A DNA stretch of 64,000 nucleotides from an uncultured Fibrobacteria bacterium (GTDB lineage: Bacteria; Fibrobacterota; Fibrobacteria; UBA11236). Under the pieces are notes generated by a model. It was not told the DNA's origin and did no database searches. It saw only the letters and a program-made list of their open reading frames with translations. This document shows positions 9,564 to 20,347 of this stretch, in pieces. The stretch spans positions 1,248,001 through 1,312,000 of the forward strand of contig OY970309.1 in the NCBI GenBank assembly GCA_963716395.1, given 5' to 3'. Within the stretch, counting starts at the first letter, position 1. Each line of letters starts with the position of its first letter. Both the position numbers and the translations under genes were made by a program.

Positions 9564-10844
9564 ATGAAAACCACCGGCGAACGAAGGATTTCCCGATCCC
9601 TCATCCTCTTCAGCGCCGCGCTCTTCATGCAGGTCACGGCCGGCCTCTCGATTGTGGGAGTGCTTCCCTCCATCGCCTCGGAATGGCATCTCACCTCCAC
9701 CGCGATTGCGCTGCTCATCACGGTTTTTGGAGCCACCTTCGCCGTGAGCGCCCCCCTGCTGCAAATGCTCGTGGGACATTGGATACGGCGCACCCAAATT
9801 CTGGCGGCCATCGCCATCCTGGCTTTGGGAACGCTTCTCTTCGCGGCCGCGCCCGGCTACACCGCACTTTTGGCCGCGCGTATTCTGATGGGGTTGGGTT
9901 CGGCCTTGTTGAGCCCCGTACTGCTCGCCCTGGGCGCTAGCATGGTCAAACCCCCACAACAAGGGGCCGCCCTGGCCGTGGTTTCGATGGGGATCAGCCT
10001 GGCCACCGTGCTCGGAATTCCGGCCTCCGCCTGGCTGGGCGCTCTCGTGGGCCCGCGCCTGCTCTATGCCATCATCGCCCTCCTGCTGATCGCCTTGGGA
10101 GTCGCCATCGCCCTGCTGGTCGACGATCGCTCGGCGGGCGAACGCGTCAACGCCCGGAAGACGGTGCGGCTTCTGGGCCGTCCCGCCACCCTCAGCGGGC
10201 TCGCGGTCATCTTTCTCGTGACCGCGGGCATATTTTCCACCTTCACCCTCATCACCCCCATTCTGCGGGATGCCTATGGGGCCGGCGCCTCCATGGTTTC
10301 CGTCACGCTGTTCGTGTACGGAGCCTCGGGGCTGTTCGGCAACTTCTTCGTTCGTCGCGCTGCGATGAAATGGTCCTCCGAAACCCTGCTTCGCGGCGCC
10401 ATGATCGGTCTCGTCGTGGTCTTTGCGGCCCTCTGGCTGCTGCCGACCTCCTGGATGCTCCTGCTACCGATGCTCATGGCGTGGTCTTTTCTGGGCGACA
10501 TCATCTGGCCCTCGCAGCAGCGCCGGATGGTCGAACTCGAATCCGAATTCCGCGGGCTGGCTTTGGCACTTTCTTCATCCTTCCTCTTTTCGGGCATCGC
10601 CTTCGGTTCGGCGCTGGGAGGAATTGTCTACCCGGCCCACGGCTTCGCCGGCGTGCTGGTGCTCTCCATGCTTCTGGTCTTCAGCGGTCTGTGGACGCTG
10701 GCTTTTTCCGTGCGTGTGCGCAGGGCCAGTTCCGCGGCCGAAACCTCAGCGCGGTTCTTGGGTGCGGCTCCCCAACCCGGGGTGTGCATGGCCCGGCCGT
10801 CCTTGGCCCCGGTGCGCATCACATCGAGCGCAGCAGACGCATGA
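9564..10844 (+). CDS. MFS transporter (DHA1/YbcL-like efflux)
   Basis: About 12 hydrophobic segments, GVLPSIA and ARILMGLG motifs. Confidence 0.9.
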   Translation: MKTTGERRISRSLILFSAALFMQVTAGLSIVGVLPSIASEWHLTSTAIALLITVFGATFAVSAPLLQMLVGHWIRRTQILAAIAILALGTLLFAAAPGYTALLAARILMGLGSALLSPVLLALGASMVKPPQQGAALAVVSMGISLATVLGIPASAWLGALVGPRLLYAIIALLLIALGVAIALLVDDRSAGERVNARKTVRLLGRPATLSGLAVIFLVTAGIFSTFTLITPILRDAYGAGASMVSVTLFVYGASGLFGNFFVRRAAMKWSSETLLRGAMIGLVVVFAALWLLPTSWMLLLPMLMAWSFLGDIIWPSQQRRMVELESEFRGLALALSSSFLFSGIAFGSALGGIVYPAHGFAGVLVLSMLLVFSGLWTLAFSVRVRRASSAAETSARFLGAAPQPGVCMARPSLAPVRITSSAADA

Positions 10845-11370
10845 AATCCTCGACCGTCTGGGTCGGGGATTTTTCCGCTTTAAGATTTTGCTCGATGCAC
10901 AGACCGGAAAAAAAAGTCGTTAGAATCTCGGTCAACGCCTCCGGGGGCCGTTTGGTTTTTTCCGCCGCGATGTTGGTGAAGAACAAGCGCTTCAGGCTTT
11001 TGCGGGTGTCGGACAAAATGTGCTGGGCTTCCGGCGGAAGTACCGCGGTTTCGCGCATCGAATTGACCACGAAGCAGCCTTTAAACCCGTCTTTGCGGGC
11101 CAATTTGAATGCGAGGAAACGCTCGATGTTGTGCCATCCGAAAGGCTTTTCGGCCAGCAGCCGCCGGCCTTTACGGGTATCGCTGTAATGCTGCAGCGAG
11201 GCCAGAAAAAGGTCTTCCTTGTTCTTGAACTCGGCATACAATCCGGATTTGTTGACGCCGGTGGCCTTTTCCAAATCATGCAGTCCCGTGTCGGCGAAGC
11301 CGCGCTTCCAGAACAACGGCATGGCTTTCTCCAGCACTTCGATGCGGCTGAAGTTTTTGGGGCGGCCCAT
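10819..11370 (-). CDS. TetR/AcrR-family regulator (NemR/ComR-like)
   Basis: MGRPKNF...FWKRGFADTG...GVNKSGLYAEFKNKEDLF helix-turn-helix; GCFVVNS in the ligand domain. Confidence 0.93.
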   Translation of the reverse strand: MGRPKNFSRIEVLEKAMPLFWKRGFADTGLHDLEKATGVNKSGLYAEFKNKEDLFLASLQHYSDTRKGRRLLAEKPFGWHNIERFLAFKLARKDGFKGCFVVNSMRETAVLPPEAQHILSDTRKSLKRLFFTNIAAEKTKRPPEALTEILTTFFSGLCIEQNLKAEKSPTQTVEDFMRLLRSM

Positions 11371-11388
11371 GCTTTGAAGGTATAATTT

Positions 11389-11404
11389 TGAACCGAGTAG
11401 TTCA
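11389..11404. promoter_or_regulatory. TetR operator copy upstream of tetR
   Basis: TGAACCGAGTAGTTCA, 13/16 identical to the palindrome at 9531, located 19 bp from the tetR start. Confidence 0.7.
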
Positions 11405-11619
11405 ATACCAAGGGCCGCGGAGGGAGTCGCCCGGTTTTACCGGAAGGGGAGGACGCGCTTTAAGCCTTTGATTGCGAAAGCCGACGCTGGGCGGCTCAAT
11501 TCTTCTGGATTCCCGATTTTTCGCGGAATCCGGTAAAATGCCCGGAAGAACACCCAACCCGACATGACTTGGGCCCTTGTCTTCGCGGCAGGTATATTCC
11601 TGACAAAAGAAAGCGGACC

Positions 11620-12840
11620 ATGCGAAAACCAACCGATCTTCGTGCCTTGCGCCTGCAAGGCGTTTTGCTGGCAGGCGGCGGATTGTTGCTGGCGTTGGCC
11701 TTGGCCCGGGGAGGTTTGCCCGTGATCGATGTTCCGTCCCAACAATATGCGGCTGAAAATGCGCGCGACTCCGCCGACAATGTCAACCCGAATTTCGCCC
11801 ATGCCAGCTTCGCCGGCGGCTGTTTCTGGTGCATGGAGTCGCCCTACGCCAGCCTGCCCGGCGTGAAAACCGTGATCTCGGGCTACGCGGGAGGGCAGGT
11901 GGCCCATCCCAGCTACGAAGACGTCAGCAGCGGCACCACGGGTCATGCCGAAACCGTCGACGTCATATACGATCCCAAGGAGATCAGTTATTCCACCCTG
12001 CTCAACGCTTTCTGGCGTTCCTGCGACCCCACCGATCGCGGCGGGCAATTCGTGGACCGGGGATCGCAATACCGCACCGCCATTTTTTACCGCAACGCCG
12101 AGCAGCAGCGGCTGGCCGAAGCCTCGCGCGACGCCCTGCAGAAAAGCGGGCGATTTTCCAAACCCATCGTTACCGAAATTACGGAGCTCAAGGCTTTCTA
12201 CCCGGCCGAAGACTACCACCAGCATTTTTGCGTGCGGCATGCCGATCACTACCACCAATACCGCGACGGCTCGGGGCGCGACGACTACCTGCACCGCATC
12301 TGGGGCCGGGATCTGAAGCCGCCGATCGTGCCGGTCGATGCCGACAACGACGGGTTGGAGAACGCCCCAACCGCGGCGGCGATGCCCATGAAGAAGAAAC
12401 CCAGCGAGGTGGAACTGCATCAAATTCTGACGCCCACGCAATACCAGGTAACCCAGCAATGCGGCACCGAGCCGCCCTTCCACAATGCCTACTGGAACAA
12501 TCACGCCGAGGGCATTTACGTCGACGTGGTGTCGGGTGAACCCTTGTTCAGCTCGAAGGACAAATACAACAGCGGGACGGGCTGGCCGAGCTTCACCAAG
12601 CCGCTGCAACCCGGAAACATCGTCGAGAAAGACGACAGCACCTTGGGAATGGTGCGCACCGAAGTGCGCAGCAAGCACGGCGATTCGCATCTGGGCCATG
12701 TTTTTCCCGACGGCCCCGGCCCTTCGGGCCTGCGCTTCTGCATCAACTCGGCTTCGCTGCGCTTCATTCCCAAAGACCAGCTCGCGGCTGAAGGCTATGG
12801 CCGGTATCTTTCGCTGTTCGCCGACTCGGCGAAACATTGA
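11620..12840 (+). CDS. msrAB: Bifunctional methionine sulfoxide reductase MsrA-MsrB with N-terminal export/anchor segment
   Basis: MsrA GGCFWC, GHAE, AEDYHQ; MsrB GTEPPF, GWPSF, HLGHVF, RFCINS. Confidence 0.95.
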   Translation: MRKPTDLRALRLQGVLLAGGGLLLALALARGGLPVIDVPSQQYAAENARDSADNVNPNFAHASFAGGCFWCMESPYASLPGVKTVISGYAGGQVAHPSYEDVSSGTTGHAETVDVIYDPKEISYSTLLNAFWRSCDPTDRGGQFVDRGSQYRTAIFYRNAEQQRLAEASRDALQKSGRFSKPIVTEITELKAFYPAEDYHQHFCVRHADHYHQYRDGSGRDDYLHRIWGRDLKPPIVPVDADNDGLENAPTAAAMPMKKKPSEVELHQILTPTQYQVTQQCGTEPPFHNAYWNNHAEGIYVDVVSGEPLFSSKDKYNSGTGWPSFTKPLQPGNIVEKDDSTLGMVRTEVRSKHGDSHLGHVFPDGPGPSGLRFCINSASLRFIPKDQLAAEGYGRYLSLFADSAKH

Positions 12841-12855
12841 AGCGCCTTCAATTGT

Positions 12856-13033
12856 GCACAGCCATTCGGAATCGATCCTTCTATGCAGGTCCGGTCGGAG
12901 TTCTCACTTCAAGGCCTGCGGAACTCGTCCGCCTAAGGCGGACTCAAACAGGTCCTCGGCCTTTTCGTGAGAAACTCCGTACCGGCCCCAAACCCTTTGC
13001 TTCGGTCGATTCCATTCGAGGGTAGGCACAGCC
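12856..13033. repeat. Nested long inverted repeat (REPIN/MITE-like hairpin)
   Basis: Four nested stems with GCACAGCC direct repeats at both ends; coordinates in findings. Confidence 0.7.
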
Positions 13034-13038
13034 GCGAT

Positions 13039-15432
13039 CTAGCCGCTACGTTTTCGGGAAGCGGGCCGCGGCGAACCGAAGACAAGGCGCAGCGCTTGAT
13101 CCACATGATCCACGGATAGGATTTTCAAACCGCGTTTGGCCGCGGCGGGTAACTCGCGTATTTCCGGAGCGTTTTCACGCGGGACGCACACGCGCGTAAT
13201 CCCGGCCTGCAAAGCCGCTACGGTTTTTTCCGGCAAACCGCCCACCGCGTGGATTTTACCCGCCAGGGAGATTTCGCCCGTGAAGGCCAGCCGCGGGTCC
13301 ACCGGCTTGCGGGTCATGGCCGACACCAGGGCCAGCAACAAGGCCACGCCGGCCGAAGGGCCGTCTTTCGAGATTGCGCCTTCGGGCAAATGCAGGTGCA
13401 CGTCGGTTTTGTGGAAATCGGCGGGATCGACGCCGAAGCGGCGCGCGCGCTCGCGGGCCAAGGTCAACGCCAGTTGCGCCGACTCTTTCATGACGTCGCC
13501 CAATTGCCCGGTGAGCAACAGCTTGCCTTTGCCCGACAGCAAGGCGCATTCGACGCGCAGGGTTTCACCCCCGGCGGGCGTCCAGGCCAAAGCCGTCACC
13601 ATGCCGGGTTGGTAGGCCGCCGGCAGCGGCCGTTCCGGACGCGCGGGCAGTCCGAGAAAGGCTTGCAAACCGCGCGCGTCGAAATCTCGAAAGGTTTTGC
13701 CGCCCACGATTTGGCGCGCGCGCTTGCGCGCCAGCTTGGCAAGCTGGCGGTTGAGCTGACGCACGCCGGCCTCATGGGTGTATCGGCGGATCACGGTTTG
13801 TAATACGGCGTCGGAAAAGCGGAATTGCCCTTCGATCAAGCCGCAGGCCGCGCGGATTTTCGGCAGCAGGTGGCGTCGGGCGATGGCGAGTTTTTCCCCG
13901 TCGTAATAACCGGACAGGCGGATCATTTCCAGCCGGTCATGCAACATGGGCGGGATTTTTTCTTCGACGTTGGCGGTGGTGATAAAAAAAACGCGGCTCA
14001 GGTCGACGCCCACTTCGAGAAAGTGGTCGACGAATTCGCGGTTTTGTTCCGGGTCGAGCGCTTCGAGCAAAGCGGAGGCCGGATCGCCGCGGAAGTCGCC
14101 CCCCATTTTGTCGATTTCATCCAACAGAATGACGGGATTCATGCTGCCGCTTTTCTTAAGCGCCTGTACGATGCGGCCGGGCATCGAGCCGATATAGGTG
14201 CGCCGGTGCCCGCGAATTTCGGCTTCATCGCGCACGCCGCCCAGCGAAATTCGCACGAACTCGCGACTCAGGGCCTTGGCCACCGATCGCCCCAGCGACG
14301 TCTTGCCCACGCCCGGCGGCCCGACCAGGCAGAGAATGGGTGCGGCCAAATCCCGGGCCAGGCGGATCACGGCCACGTGTTCCAGAATGCGGTCCTTCAC
14401 TTCGCGCAGGCCGAAATGATCGGCGTCGAGCTGGGCTTTGACCTTGGCCAAGTCGAGTCGATCCGGGTTCATCCGCTTCCAGGGCAAGGCCAGAAACCAA
14501 TCGACATAGGTGCGCACCACCGCGTATTCCGGCGAAGTGGCATGCAGATAATCCAGCCGCCGCACTTCGGAAGCCACGCGCTCAAAGGCGGCTTCGGGCA
14601 GGCCCTGGGCGCGTAGCTCTTCTTCGAGTTTGCGAATTTCCGGGTTGACCGCCGGCGGTTTCGATCCCAGCTCCGACTGGATTTTGCGCATCTGCTCGGT
14701 GAGAAAAAACTCCTTCTGCGATTGCGCCACGGCCGCGCGCACTTCCTGCTCCATGCGCCGCGCTGCGCCCCCAGCCTGCACGGCATTGCACAGAAATTCG
14801 CGCGCCAGCCGCAGCTTGCCGGCCAAGGTGGGCGCTTCCAGCAGGCTTTGGCGCAATTCGACGGGCAACCGCAAATGGGCCACCATGCCGTAGGTCTTTT
14901 CCAGCGGGCCGGGCAGGGCCAGGGTCAAATCAACGAGGTCGCGTGGCAACTCGGGATTTTGCTGCACGTATTCGGCAAAAGCCGTCTCGGTCCACTCCAG
15001 CAGGCGGCGCGCTTCGGACGAGGGCGACGCGGAAAAGCTTTGCAATTCGACCTGGGCCCGGAGCCCGTTCTCTTCGCGCCAGGACAGCGCGCGGCCCACG
15101 GCCAGCACTTCGACCAAGGCCTTGCACAAGCCGTTGGGCAGGGCCGTGGTGCCGAGGATGCGGCCTACGGCACCGGTGGCGCGGATCGTCTCCGGAGTAA
15201 TCTCTTCGTCCCGCGGGTTGTTTTGCAAAGCGAAAAAAGCCAGCGGGGAGCTTTGCTCCAAGGCCCGCGTCAATGAAGACAAGGACAGCGGGCGGCCCAG
15301 CAACAGCGGAATGCTGGTGCCGGGAAAGAGCACGAGATCGCGCAGGGGAATGACCGGCAAGGCTTGCAGAAGGGCTTCGTCCCAATCCGGCGAGGATGGG
15401 GCGACGGGGTTCGTGGTTTTGCCGGGTTGCAT
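13039..15432 (-). CDS. lon: ATP-dependent Lon protease
   Basis: [15 protein letters not shown]-domain, [23 protein letters not shown] catalytic Ser, GGLPEK Lys. ATG 15432 avoids overlap with the upstream gene. Confidence 0.95.
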   Translation of the reverse strand: MQPGKTTNPVAPSSPDWDEALLQALPVIPLRDLVLFPGTSIPLLLGRPLSLSSLTRALEQSSPLAFFALQNNPRDEEITPETIRATGAVGRILGTTALPNGLCKALVEVLAVGRALSWREENGLRAQVELQSFSASPSSEARRLLEWTETAFAEYVQQNPELPRDLVDLTLALPGPLEKTYGMVAHLRLPVELRQSLLEAPTLAGKLRLAREFLCNAVQAGGAARRMEQEVRAAVAQSQKEFFLTEQMRKIQSELGSKPPAVNPEIRKLEEELRAQGLPEAAFERVASEVRRLDYLHATSPEYAVVRTYVDWFLALPWKRMNPDRLDLAKVKAQLDADHFGLREVKDRILEHVAVIRLARDLAAPILCLVGPPGVGKTSLGRSVAKALSREFVRISLGGVRDEAEIRGHRRTYIGSMPGRIVQALKKSGSMNPVILLDEIDKMGGDFRGDPASALLEALDPEQNREFVDHFLEVGVDLSRVFFITTANVEEKIPPMLHDRLEMIRLSGYYDGEKLAIARRHLLPKIRAACGLIEGQFRFSDAVLQTVIRRYTHEAGVRQLNRQLAKLARKRARQIVGGKTFRDFDARGLQAFLGLPARPERPLPAAYQPGMVTALAWTPAGGETLRVECALLSGKGKLLLTGQLGDVMKESAQLALTLARERARRFGVDPADFHKTDVHLHLPEGAISKDGPSAGVALLLALVSAMTRKPVDPRLAFTGEISLAGKIHAVGGLPEKTVAALQAGITRVCVPRENAPEIRELPAAAKRGLKILSVDHVDQALRLVFGSPRPASRKRSG

Positions 15433-15449
15433 GACGAGAAGGTAGCGGA

Positions 15450-15890
15450 TCACGCCGTTTGTTCGACGTATTTCTTCAACCCGATCAGCATGAATTCCCA
15501 ATTTTTTTCGCTGTGCGCCCGCGCTGGCTCATCGCGATTGTTGTCTTGCTCCAGCAACAGCAAGATTTGATCGCCGTCATCTTTCAATTCGATGCGCACG
15601 GTGTGGTAGTTCTCCGGCGCATCCGGCAACCCCGACAGGGGGCTGAAATGGGTGTAACTTAGCCGCGACTCCGGTTGCCATTGCAGAATCGTTCCCTTGT
15701 CTTCATAGGCTTTTCCCTGCCAGACGCCGCGCCAAAAAATCGGGGCGCCTTCGACCCAAGTCGATTCCACCTCGGCGCCGAACATGTAGCTCCGAATGGC
15801 ATCGGCATGCACCAGCGCCGCCCACACCTTGCCGCGCGGCGCGGAGATGGCCGTCGAGGCTTTGGCCGTCAAATTGTTGAGTGATTCCAT
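15450..15890 (-). CDS. SRPBCC/AHSA1-domain protein
   Basis: ISAPRGKVWAAL...PESRLSYTH...W..ML..LKKYVE pattern. Confidence 0.85.
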   Translation of the reverse strand: MESLNNLTAKASTAISAPRGKVWAALVHADAIRSYMFGAEVESTWVEGAPIFWRGVWQGKAYEDKGTILQWQPESRLSYTHFSPLSGLPDAPENYHTVRIELKDDGDQILLLLEQDNNRDEPARAHSEKNWEFMLIGLKKYVEQTA

Positions 15891-15895
15891 ACGGT

Positions 15896-16261
15896 TTAAG
15901 AAACGACGGCTTTCTTTTTCTTCGACGCTCTGGCTTTTCCATTGAAGGCCAGGGCCAAACCAAGCCAATATTCCAAATCCGGTTTGGTTTTCAAAACCTC
16001 GGAATCAACATGCACGAAACCCCGATAGGCGCGGCCGCCCATGATTACGGTGCGGACCCCCTCTTTTTCCAGGGCTTGATCGTGCAAAGCCGGGTCGATG
16101 CGGCACATCAGGCGATCGTCGCCGACGCTGACGCACATCTTGCCGTTCACCATGAAGGTGATGCCGCGGAACATGCGTTTCTCTTCGACATTAGGCACGG
16201 CGGCCAGTTCTTCGCGAACCCGGTCCGTCAATTTCTTCTCGTCCTCAGACATGAAAACCAT
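15896..16261 (-). CDS. TfoX N-terminal-domain protein
   Basis: EEKRMFRGITFMVNGKMCVSV...LMCRIDP motif. Confidence 0.85.
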   Translation of the reverse strand: MVFMSEDEKKLTDRVREELAAVPNVEEKRMFRGITFMVNGKMCVSVGDDRLMCRIDPALHDQALEKEGVRTVIMGGRAYRGFVHVDSEVLKTKPDLEYWLGLALAFNGKARASKKKKAVVS

Positions 16262-16509
16262 TCCCGGACATATAATCCCGGTCTATTAACCTAACTATTC
16301 GCCATGGCGGAAAAGCGGCCCAATTTTTGCCAAATGAAACAAATAGGCAAGCTACTATGTTGGCTTATGCTTTATCTGAACCCGCTGAGGGTGGAAGGGG
16401 TTAAGCGGCTTTCCCAAGCCAAAAGTGCGGCCCGGAAAACCGCCATCGTTCGGTGGAAGACGCCACGCGTTGGAATATTTCCTCCGGGATTTTTGAAAAG
16501 GATAAGGGC

Positions 16510-16938
16510 ATGAACCTTAATACCGATCACCTGAACCGATGCATCCGCACCTTGCAGGCGTCGCTGGAACTGTACCATAAGGCCTCTCCCGGTGAGATCG
16601 GCCAGGAGGTTTTTCGCAATGCCATCGTCAAGGGATGCGAGCTGACGCAGGAGACCGCGTTCAAGCTGGTGAAAAAAGCGTTGCGGGATTTCGGCCACGG
16701 GGCGAAGAAATTGGATTCAACCCCCATCAAGGAAATACTGCGGCTCTCGGCAACGCACGGGTTGATGACCTTGGAAGAAGTCGAACGTTGGTTTGCCTAT
16801 CGTGATAATCGCAACAACACGGCGCATGCCTACGGCGAAGGCTTCGCCCAGGAAACCCTGCCGCTCATGCCGCAATTTATCGCCGACGCGAATAAACTGG
16901 CAAGCGTATTAAGGGAACGCTTCCCCTCCGAGCCTTGA
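16510..16938 (+). CDS. HI0074-family nucleotidyltransferase substrate-binding / HEPN protein
   Basis: FRNAIVKGCELTQE and RNNTAHAY (RX4HXY); adjacent to an MNT gene. Confidence 0.85.
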   Translation: MNLNTDHLNRCIRTLQASLELYHKASPGEIGQEVFRNAIVKGCELTQETAFKLVKKALRDFGHGAKKLDSTPIKEILRLSATHGLMTLEEVERWFAYRDNRNNTAHAYGEGFAQETLPLMPQFIADANKLASVLRERFPSEP

Positions 16939-16941
16939 CGC

Positions 16942-17282
16942 ATGCCGCAACGGGATATTTCCAGCTTGCATTTGCCGCGCCCCTATCTGGAAAGGGTGCG
17001 CGCTCTCCTGCTCCGATACTCGCCTGCATCCGAAGTCTGGGCTTATGGAAGCCGGGTGACCGGAACCGGCATGAGGCCAGCGATCTGGATATCGTGCTGC
17101 GCAATTCCACCGATCTGAATTCCGAAAATTCCGGCCTTCTCGATCTCAAAGAGGGTTTCGTCGCCAGCGATTTGCCGATTCATGTCGACGTGTCGGATTG
17201 GGCGCGCATTCCCGCCGACTTTCGCAAGGAAATCGAGAATGCCTTCGTCGTGCTGCAGAAGGGAATCGACAAAGAAACTTGA
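16942..17282 (+). pseudogene. Minimal nucleotidyltransferase (MNT, HI0073-like), frameshifted
   Basis: ATG 16942 reads MPQRD...EVWAYGSRVTGT and stops at 17118; HEASDLDIVLR...LPIHVDVSDW continues in another frame from about 17070. Confidence 0.8.
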
Positions 17283-17307
17283 AAGCGCCGCGGTCGCGGG
17301 CGGAAAG

Positions 17308-20205
17308 TCAACTTGCGACCGGCGGACACGAGCAGAACAAATTGCGATCGCCGTAAGCATTGTTCAAACGTCCCACCGCGGGCCAGAACTTGCGGGCGCG
17401 CACCCACGGCAGGGGAAAAGCCGCGGCTTCGCGCCCATAAGGATGGCTCCAGGCGTCGGCCGCCACTTCTTCGGCCGTATGCGGCGCCATTTTCAGAAGA
17501 TTGTCGACCCGATCCGCCGCGCCGCTTTCAAGGGAACGGATTTCCGCGCGGATGGAAATCATGGCTTCGCAAAAGCGATCCAATTCGGCTTGGCCCTCCG
17601 ACTCGGTGGGCTCCACCATCAAGGTTCCGGCCACGGGAAAAGAAACCGTGGGCGCGTGAAAGCCGTAATCCATCAGCCGCTTGGCGATGTCTTCGACCTC
17701 GACGCCCGCGCTGGCCTTGAAGCCGCGGCAGTCGAGAATCAACTCGTGAGCGACGCATCCCTGTTCGCCCTGGTAGAGCACGGGATAATAGGGTTCGAGC
17801 TTGGCCTTCAAATAATTCGCGTTCAGAATCGCGACTTCAGTGGCGCGGCGCAAATTCGCGCCGCCCATCAGGCGGATGTAGGCCCAGGAAATGGTGAGAA
17901 TGCTGGCGCTGCCGAAAGGCGCGGCCGCCACGGCCGAAATCGCCCGGTCGCCGCCGGTTTTCACCACCGGGTGCCCGGGCAAAAAAGGCCGCAGGTGCTC
18001 GGCCACGCAAATGGGCCCCATGCCGGGCCCGCCGCCGCCATGGGGAATGCAAAAGGTCTTGTGCAAATTGATGTGGCACACGTCGGCCCCGATGCGGCCG
18101 GGGCTGGTGAGCCCGACTTGCGCGTTCAAATTGGCGCCGTCCATGTACACCTGCCCGCCCGCGTCCTGGAGGATGCGGCAGGCTTCGACGATGCCGGTTT
18201 CGAACACGCCATGCGTCGAGGGGTAGGTGATCATGGCGCAGCACAAATGATCGTGGTGCTCCTGGGAGCGCCGGCGCAAATCTTCGAGATCGATGTTGCC
18301 GCTTTCGTCGCAGCGCACGACCACGACGCGCAGGCCGGCCATGGTGGCGCTGGCGGGATTGGTGCCATGCGCCGACGAAGGAATCAGGCACACGTCGCGA
18401 TGCGCCTGCCCGCGGCTTTGCTGCCAGGCGCGAATCACGAGCAATCCCGTGTATTCGCCTTGCGATCCGGCATTGGGTTGCAGGGAAACTCCGGGAAGAT
18501 CCGTGACGGCGGATAAATCGCGTTCCAAGTCCCGGAAAATGCGGTAATAGCCCGAGGCCTGTTCAGCCGGCGCAAACGGGTGCAGATCGGCGAAGCCGGG
18601 CCACGACAAGGGCAGCATTTCGGCCGCAGCGTTGAGCTTCATGGTGCAAGATCCCAGCGGAATCATGGAGGTGGTCAGCGACAAATCCTTTTTCTCCAAG
18701 GCGCGGATATAGCGCAGCATTTCATGTTCGCTGCGGTGGGTGTGGAACACCGGATGCGTCAGGAAAGGGCTGGAACGCCGCAGCGCCGCGGGAATATTTT
18801 CATCCCATCTTTCGGACAGGCGTTTGAGATCGGATTCGCCCGCAGCCTTGCGCCCCAAGGCCGTGGCAAAGACGCCGGCGATTTGGGCCACGGTATCCAG
18901 GCCCCAGGTTTCGTCGGCGCTGATGCCGACGCTTCCGTCGCCGGCGTAGCGGAAATTGATGCGGGCCGTAGCTGCCGCGTTACGCAAGGCCTCCAGGGCG
19001 TCGGCGGGGAGCTTCACCTGCAAGGTGTCGAAATAAGCCGCGTGCAGCGACGTGCAACCCATTTCCGTTAAAACCGCATCCAGCAGCCGGGCCAGCGCAT
19101 GCACGCGGCCGGCCATGCGGCGCAAGCCCTCGGGGCCATGGTAGACGGCGTAGAATCCCGACATCACGGCCAACAAAACCTGGGCCGTGCAAATGTTACT
19201 CGTGGCTTTTTCGCGGCGAATGTGCTGCTCGCGCGTTTGCAGGGCCATGCGCAGGGCGCGGCGGCCATGGCGATCCACCGACACGCCGATGATACGTCCG
19301 GGCAGATGCCGTTTGGCCGCGTCGCGACAGGCCATGAAGGCCGCATGCGGGCCGCCGTAGCCCATCGGCACACCGAAGCGCTGGGCCGAACCCACCGCGA
19401 TGTCGGCCCCGAATTCTCCCGGCGGCTTGAGCAACGTCAACGATAAAAGGTCGGTGGCCACGGCCACGCCCGCTCCCGCGGCCTTGGCTCGGGCCACGGC
19501 GGATTCGATGACGGCGGGATCGTCGATGCGGCCGAAGGTATCGGGGTATTGCAATAAGACGCCGAAGGTTCCGGCCGGAATGTTTCCGGCCAAGACATTG
19601 GTCATGCGCAAATCGATGCCCAGCGGTTCGGCCCGCGTCTGGAGCACGGCCAGGGTTTGCGGATGGCAATGCGTCGAAGCCAAAAAAGTTTTCCGCGCTT
19701 CGTCGGAGCGCAGGGCGAACAGCATGCTCATGGCTTCGGCCGCGGCCGTGGCTTCGTCGAGCAAAGAGGCGTTGGCGATTTCCAGGCCGGTAAGATCGAG
19801 GATCATGGTTTGATAATTCAACAAGGCTTCGAGCCGGCCCTGCGCGATTTCGGCCTGATACGGCGTGTATTGCGTGTACCAGCCGGGGTTTTCCAAAACG
19901 TTGCGTAGAATCACCGGCGGCGTCACGCAGGGCGAATACCCCATGCCGATGCACGAGCGCCACACCTGGTTCTCTTCGGCCCGCGATCGGGCCAGGCGTA
20001 GAAACGCGGCTTCGCTTTCTACGCCGGGGATGTCGGCCGGTTTGCCGAGGCGAATGGCGGCGGGAACCGTGCGCGCCATCAAGGCGTCGAGGCTGGGCGC
20101 GCCGATGCTTTGCAGCATGGCCGCGGTTTCTTTTTCATCCGGGCCGATATGGCGCGCGGCGAATGCTTCCACGGGTCGCAGGGCGTCGGCAAGCGTTTCG
20201 GACAT
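17308..20205 (-). CDS. gcvP: Glycine dehydrogenase (decarboxylating), P protein
   Basis: RHIGP, YTPYQAEIAQGRLE, REKATSNICTAQ, HINLHKTFCIPHGGGGPG, DRNLFCSC. Confidence 0.98.
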   Translation of the reverse strand: MSETLADALRPVEAFAARHIGPDEKETAAMLQSIGAPSLDALMARTVPAAIRLGKPADIPGVESEAAFLRLARSRAEENQVWRSCIGMGYSPCVTPPVILRNVLENPGWYTQYTPYQAEIAQGRLEALLNYQTMILDLTGLEIANASLLDEATAAAEAMSMLFALRSDEARKTFLASTHCHPQTLAVLQTRAEPLGIDLRMTNVLAGNIPAGTFGVLLQYPDTFGRIDDPAVIESAVARAKAAGAGVAVATDLLSLTLLKPPGEFGADIAVGSAQRFGVPMGYGGPHAAFMACRDAAKRHLPGRIIGVSVDRHGRRALRMALQTREQHIRREKATSNICTAQVLLAVMSGFYAVYHGPEGLRRMAGRVHALARLLDAVLTEMGCTSLHAAYFDTLQVKLPADALEALRNAAATARINFRYAGDGSVGISADETWGLDTVAQIAGVFATALGRKAAGESDLKRLSERWDENIPAALRRSSPFLTHPVFHTHRSEHEMLRYIRALEKKDLSLTTSMIPLGSCTMKLNAAAEMLPLSWPGFADLHPFAPAEQASGYYRIFRDLERDLSAVTDLPGVSLQPNAGSQGEYTGLLVIRAWQQSRGQAHRDVCLIPSSAHGTNPASATMAGLRVVVVRCDESGNIDLEDLRRRSQEHHDHLCCAMITYPSTHGVFETGIVEACRILQDAGGQVYMDGANLNAQVGLTSPGRIGADVCHINLHKTFCIPHGGGGPGMGPICVAEHLRPFLPGHPVVKTGGDRAISAVAAAPFGSASILTISWAYIRLMGGANLRRATEVAILNANYLKAKLEPYYPVLYQGEQGCVAHELILDCRGFKASAGVEVEDIAKRLMDYGFHAPTVSFPVAGTLMVEPTESEGQAELDRFCEAMISIRAEIRSLESGAADRVDNLLKMAPHTAEEVAADAWSHPYGREAAAFPLPWVRARKFWPAVGRLNNAYGDRNLFCSCPPVAS

Positions 20206-20347
20206 GGGCGGTTCCTGAACTGGGGATCAAATCGAGCAAAGTAGCTTCTGCCCGGCCTTTCCCGTCGGGTTCGGGCCCTTTGTTAGTTTTGCCTGGCCGC
20301 GCAAGCGGGTTGGAACGACCCTGGTTTTCAAGCAAGGATAGGGACTT

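Noticed and set aside
12856-13033. Integron attC interpretation of the bulged hairpin
   Set aside because: No RYYYAAC/GTTRRRY ends, no cassette array and no integrase.
16304-16513. 69-aa ORF with YLNPLR resembling a RAYT transposase motif
   Set aside because: No HUH motif or other support.
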